Shown here: piece after piece, positions 51,478-63,045 of the stretch | Position numbering within the stretch: position 1 is the stretch's first letter | Layout of the letters: the number at the start of each line of letters is the position of its first letter | DNA from: Felis catus | Taxonomy: Eukaryota | Length of the DNA stretch: 64,000 nucleotides | Reading direction: 5' to 3' | NCBI RefSeq assembly: GCF_018350175.1 | Contig: NC_058368.1 | Location: forward strand, 9,424,001 to 9,488,000 | The notes under the pieces: generated by a model | Seen by the model: the letters and a program-made list of their open reading frames with translations, nothing else | The model's database searches: none | What the model was told of the DNA's origin: nothing | Program-made: the position numbers and the translations under genes

Positions 51478-51667
51478 TAAACTTATACTTCGAATAATAT
51501 ACGGGTCAAAGAAAAAGTCTCAAGAGAAAATTAAAAATAAACTAAATAAGAATGAAATAAGAACTAAATACGAATGAAACCACAACTTAGGAAAATGTGT
51601 GGGATGCAGTGAAAGCAGTTCTTAGAGGGAAATTTATAGCATTGAATGACTATATTGGAAAAGAAGA

Positions 51668-51888
51668 GGGGTGCCTGGGTGGCTCAGTCAACTAAGTGTC
51701 CAACTTCGGCTCAGGTCATGATCTCACAGCTCGTGGGTTCAGGCCCACGTCAGGCTCTGTGCTGACAACTTAGAGCCTGGAGCCTGCTTCAGATTCTGTG
51801 CTTCCCTCTCTCTCTGCCCCTCCCCCTCTTGCGTACACACTCTCTCAAAATACATAAATAAATCAATGATAAGTTTAAAAAAGAAAAA
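51668..51888 (+). mobile_element. Can-SINE at the L1 3' breakpoint
   Basis: Head ggggtgcctgggtggctcag, full body, A-rich tail. Confidence 0.94.
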
Positions 51889-52879
51889 TGATAGGTCACT
51901 TTTAATTTTTCAAAAATAAAATTATATTATAAATTTGAGTACTCTTTTTTAAGGAAGCCACACCCCACTCACACTCCAATGTGGGCCAGGGAGAGGTACC
52001 TTCACCTCCAAAAACCACTTATGAAGAAGGGAAGGTTAGCAGCCCCTTAGACTCTTTCTGGAAACTTCTTTTGTTTATTCATTTGGTTAGTCATTCAACA
52101 CGGTCTGCACAGAGAGTAAGATAGGGACAGGTGCCTTGCCTGACCTGAGGTATTCTGACTAGTTTGTTGAAAGGAAGGAGAAGTTTGGGTGGCCATGGCT
52201 GAAGGAAGCAAAACTTCGAATTTCCTAGGGAAATTAAAAAGCCAATTATATAACCTTGCTTGGGTGAAAGATCATCTCATCCCGGGATGGATTACGAGAG
52301 AACCAGAAAGCAGGACTGGAACTCTTCTCAAAAGGCCTCGAAGAGTTTTAACATGATTTCTGTGAACTTTATTGTCTTGAATGTTCACCTCCTATAACAC
52401 ACCAAGATGGGTGGGTCGTCAAATACACTCCAGAAAGTTCGCCTGTTTCCTAGAGTTCAGTACAATCCATCTGGACGCTGAAGACGGTTGCCAGAACCGA
52501 TAACATGTGGCAAAATGGCGCCCGGATACGAACACTGAGCGCCTCTTTCGGATCATGACTGGACAGCCGACTCAGGGGCTTCCTGAGAATGTTCCCGGCA
52601 CGCCCATGAAGCCCGCCATCGTAAGCCATTTACCCTGGCAGAACTTAACGCTCATCTGAAGATGGCATAACATTTTTAAAAATGTCATCAAATCAGAAGT
52701 TCAAAAACGCCATCAAATCGTACCATTGTGTTATGTCAATTAGAGTTGGAATTTGCCCTCTCATTTTGTGCCTTCGGGTAGTTCCTTCATCAGTTGTCAA
52801 GAGGACCATAACGTGTACTTGTATAGACAGTTCCTGAGGGGAACTGCTATTGTAGAATCAAAGATAGGCGGCCGACGAC

Positions 52880-53410
52880 ATTACGTGTCACGTCAAAACC
52901 CCTGAGCCCGAATGGGGTCGTGAGGAAATGAGCAGACAGGTCCGCACCGAGGGCCCCTCCGTGACACAACTGGTCTGGGCTGCTCTGGAGAGTGGCGACA
53001 GGCAGAGGAAATCGGCCCTCTCTGACTGGATTCTAGAGCGAAACTTCGTCACGGAGAACATTCTTGGGCCGGCTGGAAGGACTTTCACGTAATTTTATTG
53101 CATTAACGTTAAGTTTCTTGCGTGTCACAGCGGTAGTTTGGTGGTGGAGAAGGAGGCGCTCGCTCTTAGGAGAAGCGGGGCTCACCCAAAGTGAGGCTTG
53201 TGCTCACCGGAAGCAGGGCTCCAGTTCACCGGAAGTGGGGCTTGAACTCGCCAACAGTGAGATCGTAGCCTGAGTCAAAGTCAGAGGAGCCGCCCATGCA
53301 CCCTATTGAAAAACGTTTTTAAAAAGTAGGTGGTTGATGAACGAGTTATACAGGTCGCAATGTTGCGAAAAATCCTTCAATTATTCTTAAGTTTTCTCAA
53401 ATAAGTGAAA
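52880..53410 (+). mobile_element. L1MC4/5-like 3' UTR fragment, GC-shifted
   Basis: 'gtcgtgaggaaatgagcagacagg', 'attgcattaacgttaagtttctt...gctcttaggaga'. Confidence 0.55.
53173..53303 (-). mobile_element. Can-SINE fragment with 22-bp tandem units
   Basis: aagtgaggcttgtgctcaccgg / aagcagggctccagttcaccgg / aagtggggcttgaactcgccaa, then 'gtgagatcgtagcctgagtcaaagtcaga'. Confidence 0.75.
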
Positions 53411-53450
53411 CTGAGAGTAACGATAATTGATGTTAGAACAGTTAGGCCTT

Positions 53451-53541
53451 GCTTCGGATTCTGTGTCTCTCTCCCTCTCTCTGCCCCTCCCCTGCTCACG
53501 ATCTGTCTCTGTCTCTCAAAAATAAATAAACATTGAAAAAA
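53451..53541 (+). mobile_element. 5'-truncated Can-SINE with 16-bp TSD
   Basis: agaacagttaggcctt (53435-53450) / agaatagttaggcctt (53542-53557). Confidence 0.93.
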
Positions 53542-53573
53542 AGAATAGTTAGGCCTTAGAACACCTGCTTGTC

Positions 53574-53805
53574 TTTTTTTTAATGTTTATTTACTTATTT
53601 TGAGAGAGAGGGCGAGAGAGAGTGCACACATGTGCGTGAGTGGGGGGAGGGGAGGGGCAGAGAGCGAGGACAGAGAGAATCCCAGGCAGGCTCTGCAGTG
53701 TCAGTGCGGAGCCCCACGCGGGGCTTGAACTCACAACCTGTGAGATCGCGACTTGAGCCGAAACCAAGAGTCAGACGCTCAGCCACCTGAGCCACCCAGG
53801 CGCCC
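53574..53805 (-). mobile_element. Can-SINE
   Basis: Full antisense body. Confidence 0.94.
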
Positions 53806-53849
53806 GAGAGCCCCCACTTTTCAGGTGTTCTATTACACTGCGAGGCTTA

Positions 53850-54064
53850 GGGGCACCTGGGTGGCGCAGTTGGTTAAGCGTCCGACTTCAGCCAGGTCAC
53901 GATCTCGCGGTCCGTGAGTTCGAGCCCCGCGTCAGGCTCTGGGCTGATGGCTCGGAGCCTGGAGCCTGCTTCCGATTCTGTGTCTCCCTCTCTCTCTGCC
54001 CCTCCCCCGTTCATGCTCTGTCTCTCCCTGTCCCAAAAATAAACGTTGAAAAAAAAAATATTTT
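53850..54064 (+). mobile_element. Young SINEC_Fc
   Basis: Diagnostic 'gcgcagttggttaagcgtccgacttcagccaggtcacgatctcgcggtccgtgag'; TSD-like actgcgaggct on both sides. Confidence 0.96.
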
Positions 54065-54887
54065 AAACTGCGAGGCTCAGGCCTGTCGTTTATGGAGGAG
54101 AGAGCTGGGGCCGTTGACAAGAACATCCTGGAGAAACCGCAGACGTGTGAGGGAGGCGTGCACAGACCAGAAGCACTAGCAAGAACCGGTGAGAAGATCC
54201 CGGAGGGACCGAGGGTGGTTGCCGACGGCGGCCGGGCCCGGGGTGTGGAGGCGGCAGCGTGCCGCCGGAGGTTCTGGAAGCCTGAGGCTCAGCTCTCGCG
54301 GTTCAGCCTTGGCACGGTCAGAGCTGGCCCACTGCCACCGGGATAGACGGCGACAGGCCAGGTCTCAAGAATGTCTGCCCCCCACCCCCCACCCTGCTGA
54401 GCTGAGGAGCAGGTGAACGCAGGGTGGGGGCCTGGCCTCAGCACCGAGCCTTGCAGCCCCGGGGGCCCTGCCTCCTCCCAGCCCGCAGCTCTGATGAGGG
54501 GCATCGGTGGCGGGTTGGCAGCAAAGAGGAAAATCAAAGAGGCCACACTGGATCCGGGGTTCCTCTCGACCCAGGACTCATTGCCTCCTCTCTGCTTAAC
54601 CTCGCCGGAGGAGCACACGTAAGGGCCTGAAGCTTGGTGCCCCCCTGACCCACGTTAGCAGAGAGGGCGGCCAAGAGTTCCAGGGAAATGCAAGCTCTGA
54701 GGCCAGGCCACACCTCTGAGGATACAGCGGCCGTCGAAGAAACACATCAAGCCCAGCAACGTATACTCCCTGGGGCAGAATTGTTGGAATAGAGGGACCA
54801 AGGGGTTGAGTCGACAGAATAAATAAAACCGGAAGAGATAAGGGAGTATAAAAGTGACGTGAGCCGGGAAGGAGACGTTATTGAATA

Positions 54888-55093
54888 GGCGCCTGGGTGG
54901 CTCAGGTGACTGAGCGCCTGACGTCAGCTCAGGTCATGCTCTCACGGTTCGGGGGTTCGAGCCCCGCATTGGGCTCCCTGCTGTCAGCTGTCAGCGTGGA
55001 GCCCACTTCGGATCCCCTGCTCCCCTCTCTCCGCTCCTCTCCACCTCGAGCTCTCTCTCAAAAATAACTAAACATTAAAAAAAGAAGAAGAAG
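54888..55093 (+). mobile_element. Can-SINE (diverged)
   Basis: TSD-like gacgttattgaatag / gaagttattgaacag; (GAA)n in tail. Confidence 0.9.
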
Positions 55094-55764
55094 AAGTTAT
55101 TGAACAGAAAGCATGTAGCAGCACTTGGTGCCTGACACGGAGGCAGGGATTGGTTCCAAGGCCCAGAGCCGAACGGCTCGGGACAGCCGTAAGGACTCGA
55201 GCCCGCTGTGCTGCCTCCCCAGTGTGAGTGACAGAGATTCGGGGGGTGATGTTAAATCTACCCTTCCTCACTGCTTTAAGGATGTCCTTTACCAACCTCA
55301 ACACTGCCTCTAAAGAGTTAGCTCTTTGCCGCACGTCCCACAATTGATAGCTACACAGCAGAGCATCGCAGCCCCGCGGTGGGGGACGTGCCTCCGCAGG
55401 TCTGACCGTGTCAGTCTCCAGCCTAAAAACTTTAGGTGGCTTTCTATCATCACCAGAAGGAACTCAGGACGACACCGGAGGCCCTTTACATCCCGGTCGC
55501 AAAACCACTTCCCCTGTTCTCTAAACACCTTGTGATCTAGCAACAGAAAAATTGCAAGCCCAGGGGGGCAAAGAGGCCGTTTCTCAAAGGTGGGTCCCGT
55601 GGATCTGTTACTGCTGCCTCGGAAGCTTTTGGAGAGAACTGGGGAGAGACTGCCGTGGCTAGACTGGCTTGGCTGCTCCGGGCTCAGGAGGTCGGGGATG
55701 GCTTGACGTGCTGTGAATTCACGAGCCTTCCCTGGACATTCCCCATCAAGACCAAATCTTTTCA

Positions 55765-55795
55765 GTTGATCTTAGCCAAAAGGCCGAGAGGCGAT
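55765..55795 (-). pseudogene. RNU2: Tailless 5'-end U2 snRNA retrocopy (about nt 1-30) with perfect 17-bp TSD
   Basis: Minus strand atcgcctctcggccttttggctaagatcaac versus U2 5' end ATCGCTTCTCGGCCTTTTGGCTAAGATCAAG; flanked by aagaccaaatcttttca at 55748-55764 and 55796-55812. Confidence 0.95.
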
Positions 55796-55829
55796 AAGAC
55801 CAAATCTTTTCATAACTTCATGCCTTCAT

Positions 55830-56185
55830 AGCTTCATGCTGTTGGAACCGCCTAGAAGGTTCTTTCCTACCCTGCCCACCAATTAAACTCCTACTCATCC
55901 TTCAAGACTCACCTAAATAGTAATCTCTCTTAGCATTATCTCTTGTCCCCTTCCAGACTCCCGCCCCTTTGCCAGTACGGCTGGTGCCTTCCTTTGTACA
56001 CGGCCGTGGTCGTGCTTATAGGCTCGTACCCCCGGCACTGGTAGCATTTGTTTATCGACCCTTCTCTCCAATCGTGAGCTCCTCGAGGGCAGGGACCATG
56101 GTTCACTTTTCTTTGCAGCCCCCGTGGGATGTGCAGCACCTGTCACAAAGACAGCATTTAATAAATGCTCAATTAATTATCAGTG
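55830..56185 (+). mobile_element. L2 3' fragment
   Basis: 'aaactcctactcatccttcaagactca', 'gtgagctcctcgagggcagggaccatg', 'tttaataaatgct'. Confidence 0.8.
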
Positions 56186-57409
56186 CCTAACCAGCGAATT
56201 AACTACCCCGGATAATTGTGTATCGCTGAAGGATCTGTCCAGGGTGGTTCTTTGGAATTCCTGCCCTGAGGGAGGGTCAGATTCATTTACTCTGGCTTAT
56301 CCTCGAGGTGGGTCAGCATGATTTAATTTCAGAGCTTTGTTATGTTGTCATGCTTGCCTCCAAACACCTGCCTGTTCTCTAGACTGAGGCTTTCGCCTGC
56401 AGGGCCCTTCAGTCTCCTTCCCGGCACAGAGGTCGCCTGTCTAGCGGTGCTGGCCGGTGTCACTGGTGAATGTGTCGGGCGCTAAAGGTGTGCTTTCCAA
56501 ACCTACCTGGAATTCTCCGTCCCGCACCCTGCAGCCTGCCCGTGAACACCTACCTGTCTTCTGAAACTTCGCTCAGGCGTCATCTTACGGAGGAAGCTCC
56601 TTTGATCACCTCCCCTCCCCACCCCGAGCCCCCACTGCTCCCAGGCCCCACGAAGCACCGTCCATCACAACACCCTCCCTCTGTCCGTCACAGCACCTAT
56701 CACTTGATCGTGCTATTTCTGGGGCTGAGTCTCTCCTGTGAGGCCAGGACAATTAGGGACAAAGAGCCGGGCCCTCTCGGCATCACCGGAAACGGTCCTA
56801 GGCCACAGCCGGAGACACCAGCCCGGGAGACAACACAGACAGGCATGTGCTTGGGGCACGGCAGGATTCTGCAGGTGCAGCGTGTGGTCCTGCTGAGGGC
56901 GGGCCTGGTGTGCAAGCCAGCCAGCGGGGCCTGGGGGACAGGGCAGGGTGTAGGAGCCACCTGTGTGCTTAGGAGAGAGTGGTGACAGCTCGGCCCTGAG
57001 AGATCTGGAGCGCAGTGCCCTGACCAGCCAGCCTGCAACGCACAAACACCCGTTCGGAAGAGTTTTTGAGCTCAGATCCTGAATCCGTTGACAAAAGGGA
57101 TCAAGGACTAGAGGAAAGGGTACCGACTTTTTTGTAGGCATTTCTCCCACGGCTCTTCTTCGACAGGCACCTGCTTCAGGAATTAATAAGCTCAAGTTCT
57201 TTAGGGAAGAGAACTCTTTTTAAAAATCGCAGACGGAAGAGCATCCATCATTCCCTCCGCCTCCCTTCAGCCTGGTTTCGATTTTAGCCTTCCCATTCAG
57301 GCTGGGTGGCCAGGCATGCTAAGCCTGAGGCAACAGCAGCGCTCCTAAAAGGACAGAAACAAGTTTTTATTGAAAGCTGGCTCGGCTTTTAAAGATGAGC
57401 TTGGCAAAA

Positions 57410-57655
57410 TAGCAAACACACAGCACTTAGCATGTGCTGGGCCCTGTTCTAAATGCTTTATACGAATCAATTCACTAAGCCTTCCCAACAACTCTGTGAG
57501 GCACCGACTCTGATGGTGTCTGTTTTATAGATAAGGAACCTGAGGCCGAGAGGGTCATGGACTTGCCCCAGGTCTCACAGCCAGGAGAGAGAAATTGGCA
57601 TTTGCAGGCCAGCAGCAGCTAGGCTCCAGAATGCACACTGTTAACTCACAGTGAT
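57410..57655 (-). mobile_element. MIR
   Basis: 'ttttatagataaggaacctgaggccgagagggtcatggacttgccccaggtctcacagc'. Confidence 0.85.
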
Positions 57656-59344
57656 ATCCCACTCTCAGCATCACAGGCCATATAGTGAGGTGTGCAGGAC
57701 ATTTGGGACGGGCGCCCCTATGGTGGCAGGGTTATAGAAAGGCTAAGTTGGGTTTGGGGGGAGACTATGAGTGGACAGGGATGAATGAGGGGAAGGAATG
57801 AGAAGCAGGAGCGTCCAGGGAGGGCTCTGGTCAAGGAAGCTATTGCCTGGGTGGGCGATGTCCGAGAGTGGCCAGGGGACCAGCAACGATGGGTCTGAGA
57901 GAATGTCAAGAGACCCACAAGACAGGCAAAAGCCAAGACGAACCCTAATGTTGAGGCTCTAAACACGTACAGAAGCCAACGAGAGGCCAAGAGACCAACA
58001 TGAATGAAGAATAAGGAGATAGGGTCCCATGTGGACAGGCAGTGGAGTGGTCCAGTTGGAGCACTGGGAGCAACCATCCTGGTTGATACAACCACCTGAA
58101 GGCCATGGGGGCGGGGCATGAGGAGGAGGCCTGGGTTAGGGAGCACCATGATAAATTGACCCCCAGCATTTGAAGTCTGGCCACCAGCAGTGAAAATGGA
58201 GCCGTGGAAAGAGGAAATGGGATTGATTCCTCGGGAGCATGCAGTCAGGAAATGTTTGGGCTGGATCCCTGACGTCCACTGAGCTGGGAGGCCATGATTC
58301 TGGGCTTCTGCCTAAAAGGTCCCAAGGGAGAATGTCCCTTCCGCAGCCACAGTCTCACTTGCTCTGGCCTTACTTGCTGAGGGTGCTGGTGACTTAAAGC
58401 GAACCTGCCGCCATGTCACGTCGTATAAATTTGGGGACTAAGCAGATACTAAGCTATAAAACAAGAGCACGGAAGTCATTAGCAACATACCAGTGAGCTC
58501 ATCATGTCACTGTGGAGATTTCCCAAGTAAATAATTTCCTTTCCAACCACCAAGTGTCATAATGATACCACCAAGAAAGGTGGTATCATTACCACCTTTC
58601 TATTCCTGGTCTATTCCTGGCCAGCCTCTCTCAGATTTACATTCCGATCATGAGATGGGACCTCTCACTGCATTTCAATTCATTACTTAATCAAGTGGGA
58701 TGCCGACTGACCCCAGAGTGTCTTAAAGTTGGGATTATTTATGGATATGGTTTCTTGTGTAGGGTCACTGTGGGGTCTCATCTACATATGTCTCTCAGGA
58801 AAGCTGAGAAGTTATTTGCATAAGAACCCGTAGGTTTCCTGGGAGGGTCTACAAAGAGGACCATGGAGGAACTAGAGGGCAGATTGCCTACAATTAGGAC
58901 CCAGCTACCCAAGGGGAGACCCTAGCCAAACCCTGAAGGGGAGCACTTTGGAAAAGGAAGCTCCCACGCCCCCTCAAGCCAAGAGTGAGCCAGTCAACAC
59001 TCACTCCGCTTCAGAGTGCGTCTCAGTCGAGAGAGTCGATCATGGTGCCATGACTAGCCTCAGTAGGCTCCTCAGTTCCTTTGAGGCCCTTCCTGGAGAA
59101 GGGGGTGCTCTCATGAGCCAGACCACAAGTGCAGTAGACTTCCACTGCACTGGGTTCAAAACATTTCTTAAGCACCTTCGGGGGCAGGTGGGGTGAGAGA
59201 GCAACGCCAATGGGTATGCTTCTTGTCTTCAAAGGCTCTCATGGTCCAGTGAGGAAGAGAGAAATATGCCACCCAAACCAGGGCCTCGGTTTATCTTTCA
59301 TTGCTTCGTGTCTTCCGGTGGCCTTGAGGCTTCCATCATCATGC

Positions 59345-61408
59345 AATTTAACTTTGGTCTCTAGTCATGTTCTTTGCTTTGAAGTCTACTTTAGCCAGAC
59401 GTTAATATAGCCACTCCTGCTTTTTATTATTACTACTATTATTAATGTTTGCATGATATATGTGTTTCTATTCTTTTACTTCCAACCTACCTATGCAGTT
59501 GTGTTTGAAGTGTGTTTTTTATAAACAACATATGTTGGGCCTTTTTTTTTTTTAATCCACTCAGTCAATTTCTTTTCATTGTTATATTTAGACCATTTAC
59601 ATTTAAGGTAACCGTTCACACATGAGGGCTTAAATCGGCCACTTTTTAATTTGTTGTCTGTTTCCTCTATTTCTAACTCCACCATTTCTCTCTTCTTACC
59701 TCCCTCTGGGTTACCTGAGGATTCCACCTTGATATAGTTACAACATTTTTGAGTGTCTTAGTCTGCAGAGTTTTCTTAGTGGTCACTATTATACAAACGT
59801 AACTTATCATAGTCTATAGTATCAACGTTAACTACTTTTGAGTGGATAGAAACCTTACTTCCATTTTGGTCCCTCTACATTCCCCATTTAAAAAATATAC
59901 TTTTAAGAATTTTCTACACACATATTGAACACCACATCAGATGCTGTTATAATTTTTGCTTGAACCTTCCAAAATGTTGAGAAACTCATGCGAAGTAGAA
60001 CAGTCTATTCATTCCCGTTTTTTACGCATTCTAATGTTCCTTTTTTCCTTTCCTAATCCAAACTTTCTCCTGTTATCATTTCCTTTATGTACGGGGATCT
60101 TTCTTCAGCCATTCTGAAAGGGTAGATTTCCTAGCAACAAAATCCCTTACTTTTATGTTGTCTGAGAATATCTATTTCCCCTTCATTCTTGAAAGATATT
60201 TTTGCTGGTTATAGAATTGGTGCTTGACAGTTCTCTTCTTTCAGTTCTTGAAAAACGTTGTGTTATTTCTGTCTGGCCTCCGCGGTTTCAGATGAGAAAT
60301 CTGCTGTTTCTGGAGTTAGTGTTCCCCTATATGTGATGCATTGTTTCCCACTGGCTGCTTTCAAGATTTTTTTTTTTTTCTTTTTTTGGTCTCTACGTTT
60401 AAAAGTTTAATTACAATGTGTCTTAGCATGGGTTTCACACCATTTGGGTTTATCCCATTTAGATTTCACTCAGATTCTTGAATCTGTAGATTTATGGCTT
60501 AACCCCTCGGACGCCTTCCCAGCAAAAGTGGGGCACCACCAGCCCATTGCCTCCAAGGGCCCCACTGACCCCTGGCAGTAGGGAAGCAGAGGGCTCACTC
60601 ACATGGCTCTGTCGCTACAGGATTGGGACAGCAGCTCAGCTGCTTGCTGGGCCCTGCTGACGCCGGGGGGGCGGGGAGGGGGATCAGCACGCCAGCTAGC
60701 CTCGTACCTCACTCTGCCTCTTTGATCCCAGGTAAGGGAAAGGCTCAACTAGCTACTGGACCCTACTGGTATTGCCCAGGGAAACTGGAGCACTGCCTGC
60801 TTTCACCAGCAGAGACTAGAAGATCAACTACCCACCTGGCCCACAGACAGTATCCTGGGGAGTTAGGGCACCACCTGCTTCCACCAAGTCAAAGACGAAA
60901 GACTAGAAAGATCTCTGCTTAGCCCTACTGAGCAAGGGATTGGAGTACTACTGCCTGCTTCTGTGGGGCAGGGGGTTGTGGAAAAAGATCAGCTCCCAGT
61001 TCGGCCCTGCTGAAACTCTGGGGGCAGGGTGTTTCTACTGGTACTTGGCTGGAGCAGGGCAAGTATTGCCCAAAAGGTTTTCTGTTGCTAGGTGACCCCT
61101 TTCTTGGCCTTTTGGCTGGGGTTGGGGGGGGAAGGCTTTTCGTGAAGATTCTTTTGGTCTGCCTGTTGGCAATCCCAGTTTGGAGGCTTCTGTAGGGCTC
61201 TGTCCAGAATATACAGAAGGCAATAAAGAAACCCGGGGGACCCACCGCTGTGCCGTTCCTCAAGTCCTGAGGGCCCTGGGTCGTCTGCCTTCTTCTCCCC
61301 CCAGGAATCTTCTTGTGCTAGTTTGATATGTCCATGGCCTTTTTAGCTGGGCGAGAGGGGGAGCTGGGAGGATTGGGGCTGCTTCACCTCGGCTGTAACT
61401 GGAAGTCC
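59345..61408 (-). mobile_element. Old L1 (L1MD/L1ME-like): 5' UTR, ORF1 remnant and start of ORF2
   Basis: Antisense ORF2 EN ('tttagaccatttacatttaa', LTEWIKK), ORF1 ('cttcattcttgaaagatatttttgctgg', 'gtttcagatgagaaatctgctg'), 5' terminus 'aactggaagtcc'. Confidence 0.88.
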
Positions 61409-62255
61409 GACTACATCGGGCACGTTGAGGAGAGGTCAGATATGTTGCAAGAGACCTCCGGTTCCCTTTCGGGTCACACGCCATCTCAAAGTTCCCTCGT
61501 GAGCATGCGGAGGGGGGAAGCAGCCGAGAAAAAGAGCCAGTGAGATTGTCACAAGCTGCTGTGCCGTGCAAGGACAAGCTTTTACTGCTTTAAACACAAA
61601 GCCTTCCCCGCACATTAGAACTAAGTAGTGATCCGGGAAGCCTGCACATTGAACCAGTTTCAAAACATAAACTACAGACTTTAGAGAGCACAGCTCACTC
61701 TCCCGTGCTGCATGGATACATTTGGTGACTATTATAGATTTCTCGGTAGGCTACCCAAAGTACTTTAAAAAAAAAAAAAAAACAAACAAACACCACGAGA
61801 AAACCAACACTGTAGCAGCAGTTCATTGAAATGGGCTTCCCGGGGAATGTGGTGTGAATACACCAAATCAGTAAGATGCCCATTGAAAAGGAAGGCTTTG
61901 ATATGCTGCAAGAACAGTGACTTGTGTCCCCAGTTTCTGACGTCTCTTTTAACATGAAATTTTAAAACATCTGTCTCTGAAGCAGAGCAGGAAATCTCCA
62001 AGCAGCCATAATTCTTTGGTTGCAGCACACGGCAACTACCGGCTGTCTGCATTTTTTTTTTTTTTTTTAAATCCTACCAGGAAATCTCTCTTTTCCCTTT
62101 GAAACTAGTTCAAAGCAGGGTATTTAACGGGCATTTAGATGGAGGGAGAGCTTGAGAGGCCACTTTTACGAATGGTGTCATGAGATGAGTCATGGTCAAG
62201 GACGTGATTCTGCTTGTGGCAGGGTTATGAATGGGGCTGCTTTATTACCAAGCCA

Positions 62256-62276
62256 GGGGCGGGGGCGGGGTGGGGG
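62256..62276 (+). promoter_or_regulatory. G-quadruplex motif / overlapping GC boxes
   Basis: ggggcgggggcggggtggggg: four G-tracts with 1-nt loops. Confidence 0.5.
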
Positions 62277-62879
62277 CGAGCGGGAGACCACCTGATTCTA
62301 CGTCAGTCTCATAGAAAAGGCAAGTTGCAAATGTCCCTTGTCAGGCACCTCTCTTCTGGGCACCTCTTTGAAGCAAGAATAACCCTCCTGGTCCTTTGTT
62401 TGAATGAATGGCTCTTGGAGCTGTGTTCCCAATCTCTTTGACGGTGGCTTATATTGCGTCAGTGGCCGTGGATTGGACAGAGAGGGTGTTGGGGTTATGC
62501 GTGCTTGTGTTTGCCTACGCAGCAGGGGGAGGTCAAGGTAGGTTTTTTTTTTTTTTCCTTGATGAAATATATGAGGTACCATATGGTCGGAGTAACCTGA
62601 GAATACCAGGTGTGCCCGCATCAGAATCTGATGTGCTGTTACCATGGAGACATTAGCTCCCTCTGCAATGCAGGGCCTCTACTTCCCCCCTCTGAAGAGC
62701 TTACTCGTCTAACAGGAGCAGGTGCTCTGACATACAAAAGAAGTAAACCTTGAAGGCAGGCCTTTAGCAATTTCTGATTTCTTTTTCCTTGATTCCTCCT
62801 GGAGTTTTCTCCCTCTCTACTCAAGGCTCTTCTTTGAGCCAAGGCCTTGGCAAACTAGTAACAATGATAGTGACATCGA

Positions 62880-63045
62880 TTCAGAGGGCAGATACAAACA
62901 GTGTCTACCCTTTTAGATGAGAACACCAAGGCTTCAAGAAAATAGGAGATTTTATACCAAAGTCATAAGTCTCATAAAGAAGCTTGTCCAAGACAGAACC
63001 TAAACCCTGAACCATCTGACTTCACCCCGTGCGCTTAACTTCCTG
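62880..63045 (-). mobile_element. MIR
   Basis: 'ccttttagatgagaacaccaaggcttca...ccatctgacttca'. Confidence 0.6.

Larger units (their letters stand above)
47660..51667 (+). mobile_element. Old L1 (L1MC-like): 5' UTR, decayed ORF1 and ORF2 endonuclease region; 3'-truncated
   Basis: ORF1-like EFKTAMINRLRVLIDKVDRVREQTGNASREAEILRKNQKEMLDIKNT at about 48461-48600; ORF2 EN-like 'aatatgtatgtacctaac', 'atagttggagatttcaac', 'gggaaatttatagcattgaatg'. Confidence 0.9.

Noticed and set aside
52656..52666. ctgaagatggc resembling antisense mitochondrial 12S rRNA
   Set aside because: 11 bp only; flanks do not extend the match, so not a numt
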